Assembly: GCA_041946735.1 (NCBI GenBank)
Contig: JBHGAY010000007.1
Span: 1-64,000 of the forward strand
Length of the DNA: 64,000 bases
Reading direction: 5' to 3'
DNA from: Candidatus Eiseniibacteriota bacterium
GTDB lineage: Bacteria > Eisenbacteria > RBG-16-71-46 > CAIMUX01 > VGJL01
The position numbers and the translations under genes were made by a program. The notes under the pieces were generated by a model. That model worked only from the letters and a program-made list of their open reading frames with translations, was not told the origin of the DNA and ran no database searches. Shown here one piece after another: positions 1 to 7,720 of this stretch. Positions within the stretch are counted from its first letter, which is position 1. Every line of letters starts with the position of its first letter.

Positions 1-657
1 TGCGCCGACGTCGGCGCAGGCGAGTCGATTGGGCCGCGCGCCGACGCGCGGGCGCTCGGGGCGGCGCTCTGGCTCGTCGGCGTGACCCTGCTGTACAACG
101 TCGCCGAGGGGATCGTCGCGATCGCAGCCGGGGTGCGCGCGGAGTCGATCGCGCTCGTCGGATTCGGGCTCGACAGCTTCCTCGAGGTTGCGGCCGCGAC
201 CGTCCTGTTCTGGCGGCTCGGCCGGGAGGCGCGCGGCGCGGAGCGGGAGGAGGTCGAGCGCACCGAGCGGCGGGTGCATCGCTTCGTCGGCGCGACCTTC
301 CTCGGGCTCGCGGTGTACGTGGCGGCGCAGTCGATTTGGAGCGTCGTCGAGCGCGAGCCGGCGGCCGAGAGCACGATCGGCATCGTCCTCGCCGCGGTAT
401 CGCTGCTCGTCATGCCGCTCGTCGCTCGGGGAAAGCTCCGCGCGGCGGCCCGGCTCGGCAGCGCGGCGCTCCGCGCAGAAGCGAAGGAGACGCTTGCCTG
501 CTCCTATCTCTCCTTCACGCTGCTCCTCGGGCTCGGCGCGCACGCGGTGGCCGGCTGGTGGTGGGCCGATCCGGCCGCCGCGATCTGCATGGTCCCCTGG
601 CTGGTGAAGGAGGGGATCGAAGGGATTCGCGGGGAGGCGTGCGAATGCGAGGAGTGA
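1..657 (+). CDS. Cation transporter, cation diffusion facilitator-like transmembrane domain only (5'-truncated by window edge)
   Basis: Frame +1 is open from base 1; hydrophobic helices with YNVAEG, SIALVGFGLDS..E, SAALRAEA..T..C and WWWADP motifs; ends in ACECEE. Confidence 0.75.
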   Translation, partial: CADVGAGESIGPRADARALGAALWLVGVTLLYNVAEGIVAIAAGVRAESIALVGFGLDSFLEVAAATVLFWRLGREARGAEREEVERTERRVHRFVGATFLGLAVYVAAQSIWSVVEREPAAESTIGIVLAAVSLLVMPLVARGKLRAAARLGSAALRAEAKETLACSYLSFTLLLGLGAHAVAGWWWADPAAAICMVPWLVKEGIEGIRGEACECEE

Positions 658-1574
658 TCAGCGCCGGGCCGCCACGGCCGCTCCTGCCGCTCGTGCTCGT
701 ATCGCTGGCGCTCCTCGCGACCGTGCTGCTTCTCCCCCCGCATGCCGGGGCCGTCGATCCTTCCGAAGAGGGGCGGGCAGGACCTCCGGTGCCGGCCGTC
801 GCTCTCGAGGACACGCTCGATTACACCCACCTGCCCTTCGACGAGGTCGAGGTCCGCGCGCATCGCCTGTCGATCGGCGAGATCGTCGATCGCTGCATCC
901 GCCAGGAGGAGGCGCTGCAGGCGAAGATCGCTTCCGACTCGTACACGCAGCAGGTGAAGGCGGTCCTCCACGTCGGTGGCGACGGCGAGGGGAAGGAGAC
1001 TCTGCTCGTGACCGAGGAGTCCTCGCGCGTCTTCTATCGGAAGGGCAAGGGGACCGAGACGGTCCTGCTGCAGAAGGACCGCTACAAGCTCGAGGGCGGG
1101 CAGCGGAAGGAGTGGCCGGAGGAGTCGGACTCGGGGGGCGGGAAGGTCGAGATCCGCTACGAGGACTTCCACGCCCTGCCGTTCTATCTGGAGGATCGCG
1201 AGCAGTACGACTTTCGCATCCTCTCGCGCCACTGGCTCGGCGGGAAGCTGATCTACGAGGTGACGCTCGAGCCGAAGTCCGATTTCGCGATCGCGCCGTC
1301 GGGGCGGATCTGGATCGACACGACCGACTTCCAGATCCTGCGCGAGGAGTTCGATTTTCGCGACCGCGTCCCGATGCCGATGTTCGTCAAGTCGATCGGG
1401 CCGTTCGTGCGGGAACGCGAGCGGATCGGCGGCGTGTGGGTATGGAAGCGCGTGCTCGTCCGCGCCGATCTTCATGCGAAGCTGCTCCGGTTCCTCGACA
1501 AGGAGATGCCGAGCACGGTGGAGATGTCGGTGACCTTCGCCGGTCACGAGGTGACGGAGGAAGCGGCGCAGTGA
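645..1574 (+). CDS. Exported hypothetical protein resembling the N-terminal/middle part of DUF5686-type proteins
   Basis: Start ATG 645 or GTG 654, overlapping the upstream stop; signal peptide LLPLVLVSLALLATVLLLPPHAGA; YDFRIL...IYEVTLEPK...GRIWIDTTDFQILR segment. Confidence 0.55.
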   Translation: MRGVISAGPPRPLLPLVLVSLALLATVLLLPPHAGAVDPSEEGRAGPPVPAVALEDTLDYTHLPFDEVEVRAHRLSIGEIVDRCIRQEEALQAKIASDSYTQQVKAVLHVGGDGEGKETLLVTEESSRVFYRKGKGTETVLLQKDRYKLEGGQRKEWPEESDSGGGKVEIRYEDFHALPFYLEDREQYDFRILSRHWLGGKLIYEVTLEPKSDFAIAPSGRIWIDTTDFQILREEFDFRDRVPMPMFVKSIGPFVRERERIGGVWVWKRVLVRADLHAKLLRFLDKEMPSTVEMSVTFAGHEVTEEAAQ

Positions 1575-2905
1575 ACGGGGCCCGCATGCCGGCGGCGGCC
1601 GTCTTCGCCCTGCTCGCGTGCCTCTCCGGCCAAGCCCTAGCCGGATCGGGTCCGGCTCCCGCCCCGGCGCCGGGTCTGCCCCCAGCGGCCGATTCGCTCG
1701 CCCGCTTCCTCGACGCCCTCGGCGCTGCGAGCGACAGCTCGTTCAGCTCCGAAACGCTCGCCCCCGCCTCGCTCGAAGGAGTGGACATCGACTCGATCGT
1801 CGCGGTCTACCGCGCGACCGGCCTTTCGCCCGCGGAGAAAGCGAAGCGGTCGCGCGGATCGATCCGCCCGGGGCTGCGGGCGATCCGCTACGACCGCGTC
1901 GAGGGGCTGCACGCGATGGGGAACCTGGCGATCCGGCCGCCGGGCACCCAGGGGCTCCGGGTCGACGCGGGGATCGGGTATGCGACGGCGTCGGAGGAGA
2001 CGACGTGGCGTGGCGCAGCCGAGCAGACGGTCCGTCTGGGAGAGCGCAGCCGCCTCGACCTCGACGCGGTCGCGAAGCACGACCTGCGCTCGTACGGATC
2101 GGGCGGGGTTCCGCTCGCGGCGGCGATGGCGCTGCTCTACGGCCTCGACGAGGAGGACTACTTCCTCGCGACCGGAGTATGGACAGGCTTCGGGCTCTCG
2201 AACGAGCGCAGATGGGGGAGTGTCCATTACCGCTACGAGGAGCAGGAGTCCGCGGCCAACGAGACGCGCTTCTCGCTCTTTCGGGGCAACCACGGCTTCC
2301 GCCCGAATCCTCCCATCGACGACGTGACGGTGCGATCGATCGAGATGGCGATCGGGATGAACCAGATCGCCGGGCCGCAGAGCTTCGTGCGAATCGAAGC
2401 GGCGATCGCGGGACGCGGCCTCGGGGGCGATGCGGACTACCGCTCGCTGCGCGCGGACCTGCGTCTCGCGCGGACCGTCGTCGCCGGGGATGAGGTCGTG
2501 GTCCGTGTCGCCGCGGGGGGCGTCGATCCTTCGGCGCCCTATCAGGCGTTGCACCATCTCGGCGGCTACGCGCTTCTGCGGGCCTACGAAGTGAACGAGT
2601 TCCACACGCGCCGCTTCGTCCATTTCGGCTTCGACGATCTCCTCGGGACCGATCTGTTCCGCCCGATTCCGCTGCTCGGGAGGCTGAAGATCCAGCTCGC
2701 GCCGTTCTTCGACGCTGCAGCATTCGAAGAGGCGGCGCCTGGCGAGTCGAACGAGGCGGTCTGGCGCTTCTCGACCGGACTCGGATTGCAGAAGAACCTG
2801 CTTCAGCTACCGGGCGGGGGCGGACAGCTGCGCCTCGAGATCGGCCGGCGCCTCGACCGGTCGGAGGACGCGATGCGCTACCGGTTCACCGTCACCGGAT
2901 TCTGA
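1571..2905 (+). CDS. Outer-membrane beta-barrel protein (Omp85/DUF5686-like)
   Basis: GTGA overlap with upstream gene; signal peptide ending ALA; IRYDRVEG motif, LGG..LLRAYEVNEF (like the Omp85 LRGY loop), PFFDAA strand, C-terminal Phe (YRFTVTGF). Confidence 0.65.
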   Translation: MNGARMPAAAVFALLACLSGQALAGSGPAPAPAPGLPPAADSLARFLDALGAASDSSFSSETLAPASLEGVDIDSIVAVYRATGLSPAEKAKRSRGSIRPGLRAIRYDRVEGLHAMGNLAIRPPGTQGLRVDAGIGYATASEETTWRGAAEQTVRLGERSRLDLDAVAKHDLRSYGSGGVPLAAAMALLYGLDEEDYFLATGVWTGFGLSNERRWGSVHYRYEEQESAANETRFSLFRGNHGFRPNPPIDDVTVRSIEMAIGMNQIAGPQSFVRIEAAIAGRGLGGDADYRSLRADLRLARTVVAGDEVVVRVAAGGVDPSAPYQALHHLGGYALLRAYEVNEFHTRRFVHFGFDDLLGTDLFRPIPLLGRLKIQLAPFFDAAAFEEAAPGESNEAVWRFSTGLGLQKNLLQLPGGGGQLRLEIGRRLDRSEDAMRYRFTVTGF

Positions 2906-2924
2906 GGAAGGACGGCGCAAGGGA

Positions 2925-2963
2925 AGAGGCGCCCGCGGAGGCTTTCGCCTCCCAGGCGCCTCT
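2925..2963. terminator. Hairpin between convergent genes, possible bidirectional terminator
   Basis: AGAGGCGCC (2925-2933) pairs with GGCGCCTCT (2955-2963); inner stem GGAGGC-tttc-GCCTCC; no strong U tract. Confidence 0.5.
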
Positions 2964-2993
2964 CGTGAGGTCATCGAACCTTTCTGCGTCAGA

Positions 2994-3749
2994 CTAGCGG
3001 AAGAGCGAGCGCACCTGGCCCCATGTGGTCTCATGGACCGCCACCGGCTCCGGGTTGCAGGCCCATTCCGCGAAGTTGTTCGCGAGCGTGCTGTTGTCGG
3101 CGCCTATGATCTGCGAGTCGGTGAACGCGTTGTGGTCGCCGAGGACCAAGATCCGCCCGCCGGCGTCGAAGCCCGTAGCCGGCTCCATCACCACCGCGAA
3201 GACGCGGCCGTTCGCGTCGTCCGCGAGCCGGAGCGCGTTCGCCGGGTAGTTGTAGGTCGATTGCGTGACGTAGTTGAACGCCTGCACTCCCTCGGTGATC
3301 GGATGGTCGGCGACGACCGAGCCGGTTCCGTTTTCGCTCAGCGCCACGTAGCCGGTCACCCCGTAGAAGGCGGTGAACGACTCGTAGGCGTCGAGCGGGA
3401 AGATGTCGGCGGTCACGATCAACGTCCCGCCCGCGGCGATCCAGTCATGGAGAGCGGACTGCTCGGCAGCCGAGAGCTGACCGCCGTTGATCGCGAGGAG
3501 CGAAGTGTAGAAGACGTCCGCTTGCGCGAGATAGTTGGCGTCGAGGACGGGCGTTCCGGGAAGGATCGTCCCTCCATGGCTCGTGATGATGCCCCGAAGC
3601 AGGATGTGGGCTCCGCCATTCAGCTGTCCGTCTTCGTAGTTGATCCGAGTCGCGTCGAAGCTGCCCCAGGCGCATTCCTGCGCGCCGGACGGAGCGGCTG
3701 CCGTGGCGAGTAGGAACGCGCAGGCGAGAATTGGTAGCCAATGTCGCAT
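2994..3749 (-). CDS. Secreted protein, GldG/IFT52(GIFT)/DUF4350-like domain with C-terminal TWG motif
   Basis: GGAGG RBS before ATG 3749; signal peptide MRHWLPILACAFLLATAAAPSGA; LSAAEQSALHDWIAAGGTL, DHPITEGV, GGRILVLGD, N..LANN..EW; ends PVAVHETTWGQVRSLFR. Confidence 0.7.
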   Translation of the reverse strand: MRHWLPILACAFLLATAAAPSGAQECAWGSFDATRINYEDGQLNGGAHILLRGIITSHGGTILPGTPVLDANYLAQADVFYTSLLAINGGQLSAAEQSALHDWIAAGGTLIVTADIFPLDAYESFTAFYGVTGYVALSENGTGSVVADHPITEGVQAFNYVTQSTYNYPANALRLADDANGRVFAVVMEPATGFDAGGRILVLGDHNAFTDSQIIGADNSTLANNFAEWACNPEPVAVHETTWGQVRSLFR

Positions 3750-4089
3750 GAGGTCCTCCATGGGAACGGTTCGAGTCCCTTCCCCCGGGACGGGCGCCGC
3801 TCTTGGTCGTGCTTCGCTGCGTGGCGCCGGCCCGCGTCCGAACGCGATCCGATTCCGAGACTCGAAGGCTCAAGCGGGGAGGAGGCTCGACCAGCAACAA
3901 GAGATTCTAGGCGCCTCGTGAACGACCCGCAACGACTCGCAGTTCCTCGTCGCCGCCGTCCGGCGCCATGCCGCGCGGTTGCGGCGACGAGGCCGTTGCG
4001 GCACCGCTCGTCCCTTCGGTATCGTGCGCTACGGCCCCGCTCGTGATTTCGGAGCGTCCGAGTGCAGTCCGCTGGAGGGAGGAGAGTTC

Positions 4090-4452
4090 ATGACGATGAC
4101 GCCGGCTGCGAGAGACGGATCGCTGTTGTTGCTCCTCACGCGCGATGGGATGGGAAGCGGGGAGCCGGAGCTACAGCACAAGCTGATCCGCACCTACCTC
4201 GGTCTGCTCGAGGAGAACGGGATGCTTCCCGGCACGATCGCCTTCTACACCGAGGGCGTGAGGCTCGTCGTCGAAGGCTCTCCCGTGCTCGACCTGCTCG
4301 AGAAGATCGAGAGGGCAGGCGTGCACCTCGTCATCTGCAAGACCTGTCTCGACTACTACGGCCTCACCGAGCAGGTGAAAGTCGGCGTCGTGGGCGGGAT
4401 GACGGACATCATCGAGGCCCAATGGAGGGCCGCGAAGGTCATCACGCTCTGA
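4090..4452 (+). CDS. DsrE-family protein, like the C-terminal domain of selenium-metabolism YedF-type sulfurtransferases
   Basis: RBS GGAGGAG; GMGSGEPEL..KL..TYL, FYTEGVRL, ICKTCLDYYGL..VKVGVVGGM motifs. Confidence 0.8.
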   Translation: MTMTPAARDGSLLLLLTRDGMGSGEPELQHKLIRTYLGLLEENGMLPGTIAFYTEGVRLVVEGSPVLDLLEKIERAGVHLVICKTCLDYYGLTEQVKVGVVGGMTDIIEAQWRAAKVITL

Positions 4453-4790
4453 CGTCCAGGCCCGCCAGGAGCTCTCGACCCTCCCCCCGACGATCCCCCT
4501 TTCGCCGACCCGCCCGGCGGCGCCGAGGCGGCTGGCCCGCCTTGGCTTGGTTCGTTCCCTTGTTCGTTCGCTCGTGCGTTCGCCCGCTCGCCCGCCGGTC
4601 CGGGGCGGAACGGTCGGGCAGGTCGCGCCCTCGGGGAGCCGTCGAAGCCGTCGATCGGATATCGCATGCCGAACGATCACCCGGGGTGGGATGCCGGTTG
4701 CGCGAGCTTCGGTTTTGAACGAAACTGATACGTCGAGCGGCCCCGACGAGGCGGCCGGCGCCGCTTGGCTTCGGGCAGGAAGGAGGAGGA

Positions 4791-5642
4791 ATGAAAGGGA
4801 AGTCCGTCGACGAGGTTTCAGGACTCCCCTTCCTCAAGATCGAGGCCGCCGGCAACGACTTCGTCCTCTTCGACTTCCGCACGCAGCGCGGCCCCAAGCT
4901 CAGCGTTCCCCTCGTCCGTTTTCTCCTCGACCGGCACCGTGGCATCGGAGGCGATGGCCTCCTCGTCCTCTACAAGGAGCGGGACGGCGTCGGGGTGGAG
5001 TACCGCAATGCCGACGGTAGTCCCGCCGATTTCTGCGGCAATGGGGCCCGATGCGCGGCCTCGCTGCTGCTCGAAGGGGAACAAGGGCCAATCACCTTCC
5101 AGATGATGAAGATCCCCGTCGAGGCCGTCCGGACCGAGACGGGGATCGCGGTTCGTGTCGGCGCCGTGGAGGTGCGGGACATGCCGGAGTTGTCGAGGCT
5201 GCGCCCGCGCCCGGCTGCGCTGATTCGAGCCGGGGTCGACCACTGGATCGTCCCGGTGGGGGACGTCAACGCGCTCGACGTCGTCGGTCTCGGGCAGGGG
5301 CTGCGGCATCATCCCTGGCCGGGCCCGAAGGGGGCGAACGTCACGTTCGTCGAGAGGCGGCGCTCCGAGATCCGGATCCGGACCTACGAGCGCGGCGTCG
5401 AGGGCGAGACCCTATCGTGCGGCTCGGGATGCGTGGCCGCCGCTCATTGGGCGCTCTCCGGGGAACGTGGCCCGCTGCCGGTCCTCACCGAAGGCGGCGA
5501 CATCCTTCGCGTGTGGCGCGATGCGTCGGACTGCTACTGGCTCGAGGGACCGACCCGCATCTGCTTCACCGGTCTGTGGCCGGTCGAAGCGAAAGTGGCG
5601 GCGGCCGCCGCTGAGGCGCGGGCGGGCGCGAAGAAGGGATAG
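4791..5642 (+). CDS. dapF: Diaminopimelate epimerase
   Basis: GNDFV, GIGGDG, NADGS..FCGNG, TYERGVEGETLSCGSG with both catalytic Cys; strong RBS. Confidence 0.93.
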   Translation: MKGKSVDEVSGLPFLKIEAAGNDFVLFDFRTQRGPKLSVPLVRFLLDRHRGIGGDGLLVLYKERDGVGVEYRNADGSPADFCGNGARCAASLLLEGEQGPITFQMMKIPVEAVRTETGIAVRVGAVEVRDMPELSRLRPRPAALIRAGVDHWIVPVGDVNALDVVGLGQGLRHHPWPGPKGANVTFVERRRSEIRIRTYERGVEGETLSCGSGCVAAAHWALSGERGPLPVLTEGGDILRVWRDASDCYWLEGPTRICFTGLWPVEAKVAAAAAEARAGAKKG

Positions 5643-5646
5643 CCAG

Positions 5647-6534
5647 ATGTTCGAGGGACTCTCGGTCGCGATGGTGACGCCGTTCCGAGAGGGACGGCTC
5701 GACGAGGAGGCGGTGGAACGCCTCCTCGAGCACATCCTGGGCGGCGGCGCCCATGGGATCGTCGCCGCGGGTTGCACGGGGGAGGCGGCCACGCTGGATC
5801 TCGCCGAGCGCGAGATCCTGACGCGCGCCAGCGTTCGCCGCCGCGGACCGGGGCAGTTCGTCCTCGCCGGCACGGGGACCAACGCCACGCGCTCCACGAT
5901 CGATCTCACGAAGCGGGCCGAGGACTGGGGGGTGGACGGCGTGCTCGTGATCACGCCGTACTACAACAAGCCGACCCAGGCGGGGCTGATCCGCCACTAC
6001 GAAGAGGTCGCGCGGTCCACCTCGCTTCCGATCGTCCTCTACAACGTCCCGGGACGGACGGCGGTCAAGCTCGAGCCCGAGACGATCGCCCGCCTGGCGG
6101 AGATGCCGAACATCGTCGCCGTGAAGGAGGCGTGCGGGTCGCTCGACCAGGTGTCCGAGCTCTGCCAGCGCGACGTGATGACGGTGCTCTCCGGCGACGA
6201 CTCGCTCACGCTGCCGATGCTCGCCGTCGGCGCCCGAGGGATCGTCTCGGTCGCCGGCAACCTGTTCCCCGGCCCCCTCGCCAGGATGCTCGAGGAGTTC
6301 GCCGAAGGGCACACCGAGAAGGCCCGTGCGATTCACCTCGCCCTCTTCCCGCTGTTCCGCGGGCTCTTTCTCGAGACGAACCCCGGACCGATCAAGCGGC
6401 TTCTCGCGCGGGCGCGGCTGATCCAGGAGGAGTTCCGCCTTCCCCTCGTGCCGGTTTCGGAGAAGACCGCGCAGGCGCTCGAGCGGATCGAGCTGGGGGT
6501 CGAGGAGGCGCTCTCCGAGCTGGGGTTCGCGTGA
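5647..6534 (+). CDS. dapA: 4-hydroxy-tetrahydrodipicolinate synthase
   Basis: AMVTPF, GCTGE, TPYYNKP, LYNVPGRT, AVKEA, LSGDD, ETNPGPIK. Confidence 0.95.
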   Translation: MFEGLSVAMVTPFREGRLDEEAVERLLEHILGGGAHGIVAAGCTGEAATLDLAEREILTRASVRRRGPGQFVLAGTGTNATRSTIDLTKRAEDWGVDGVLVITPYYNKPTQAGLIRHYEEVARSTSLPIVLYNVPGRTAVKLEPETIARLAEMPNIVAVKEACGSLDQVSELCQRDVMTVLSGDDSLTLPMLAVGARGIVSVAGNLFPGPLARMLEEFAEGHTEKARAIHLALFPLFRGLFLETNPGPIKRLLARARLIQEEFRLPLVPVSEKTAQALERIELGVEEALSELGFA

Positions 6535-7298
6535 GCGAGCGAAGGCCGGTCGCCCTCCTCGGAGCGACGGGGAGGATGGGGCGCGCCATCCAGGCGGTGC
6601 TCGCCGCTTCCGACGACCTGACCCTCGCCTTCCGCGCGGACAGGTCGACCGGCTTGCAGGAGACCGGCGCAGAGCTCGACGCGCAGCTCGATCCCCTCGT
6701 GCCGGGGCAGGTGGCGGGGATCCTCGACTTCAGCTCCGACGAGGGAACGCGGCACGCGGCCGCCTCGGCCCTCCGCCTCGGCTGCCCCCTCGTGTCGGGG
6801 ACGACGGGGCTCTCGGAGGAGACGTTCCAGGAGATGCGGGCCGCTTCGGCGAGCGTGGCGGTCTGCTGGGCGCCGAACTTCTCCGTCGGCGTGCCGCTCG
6901 TCCGCTCCGCGCTTGCCGACGCGGCGCGCTCCGCTCCGGCGGATTGGCAGCTCGAGATCGCCGAGATCCACCATTCCGGCAAGAAGGATGCCCCGAGCGG
7001 GACGGCGTTACGGTTCGCGCAAGGCTGGCGAGAGGTGCGCGGAGGGCGCATCGTCACCGGCAGACAGGGAGCGGCCGGCCCGCGCGGTGCGGACGAGATC
7101 GGGGTCTTCGCGATGAGGCTCGGCGACGTCGTCGGCGAACACAGGATCCTGCTCGGAGGCCGCGGCGAGACTCTCGAAATCGTCCATCGCGTGCAGGATC
7201 GCACCGCCTTCGCGGCCGGATGCGTCGAGGCCCTCCGCAGGCTTCTGCGGAAGGGCCCGGGATGGTACGAGTGGGACGATCTCCTGCTCCACCCGTAG
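6531..7298 (+). CDS. dapB: 4-hydroxy-tetrahydrodipicolinate reductase
   Basis: GATGRMG, VSGTTG, APNFSVG, EIHHSGKKDAPSGTA; GTGA overlap with dapA. Confidence 0.95.
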   Translation: MSERRPVALLGATGRMGRAIQAVLAASDDLTLAFRADRSTGLQETGAELDAQLDPLVPGQVAGILDFSSDEGTRHAAASALRLGCPLVSGTTGLSEETFQEMRAASASVAVCWAPNFSVGVPLVRSALADAARSAPADWQLEIAEIHHSGKKDAPSGTALRFAQGWREVRGGRIVTGRQGAAGPRGADEIGVFAMRLGDVVGEHRILLGGRGETLEIVHRVQDRTAFAAGCVEALRRLLRKGPGWYEWDDLLLHP

Positions 7299-7342
7299 CC
7301 TCCGCCTTGGCGGACGCTGGGCAGGGCGGGGAAGACGAGTCG

Positions 7343-7627
7343 CTACGCCTGCGGCTTCTTGGGAGCGGGCGCCGCCTGGCTCCTCGTGATGAGCTTCGCG
7401 AGGCGGCTCTTGCGCCGGTTCACCGTGTTCTTGTGAAGCACGCCCTTGCGCACCGCGTTGTCCAGGATCGACTGCGTCTTGCGGAACGTCTCGGCCGCCT
7501 TCTCCCCGGCGGCGGTCTCGCGCACCTTGCGGATCGCCGAGCGGACCTCGCTCTTGACGGCTTGGCTGCGCTTGCGGTCCCGCTCGTTCGTCTTCATCCG
7601 CTTGATGGCGGACTTGTGATGAGGCAT
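7343..7627 (-). CDS. rpsT: 30S ribosomal protein S20
   Basis: MPHHKSAIKRMKTNERDR...KGVLHKNTVNRRKSRL; AGGAAG RBS-like element before ATG 7627. Confidence 0.95.
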   Translation of the reverse strand: MPHHKSAIKRMKTNERDRKRSQAVKSEVRSAIRKVRETAAGEKAAETFRKTQSILDNAVRKGVLHKNTVNRRKSRLAKLITRSQAAPAPKKPQA

Positions 7628-7720
7628 CGAATTTCTTCCTTTCGTCCTTTCGGAAAGGGCGCGGTCCCGAGCGGGGCGCGCCCCCGGCGTCAAAGCATAC
7701 AGAGGTAGAAGCTAGCCCAG

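Noticed and set aside
3919..4001. TGA at 3919 in frame with the DsrE gene and followed by a hairpin (possible selenocysteine/SECIS)
   Set aside because: The read-through sequence shows no SirA/TusA or redox motif, and the DsrE gene has its own strong RBS at 4090.
4453..4790. Possible lysine riboswitch ahead of dapF-dapA-dapB
   Set aside because: Could not find the conserved lysine-riboswitch core or a terminator by eye; an Rfam cmscan would settle it.
5767..5790. DapA GCTGE instead of GTTGE
   Set aside because: Conservative variation; Tyr and Lys motifs and the dapF/dapB context support a normal DapA.
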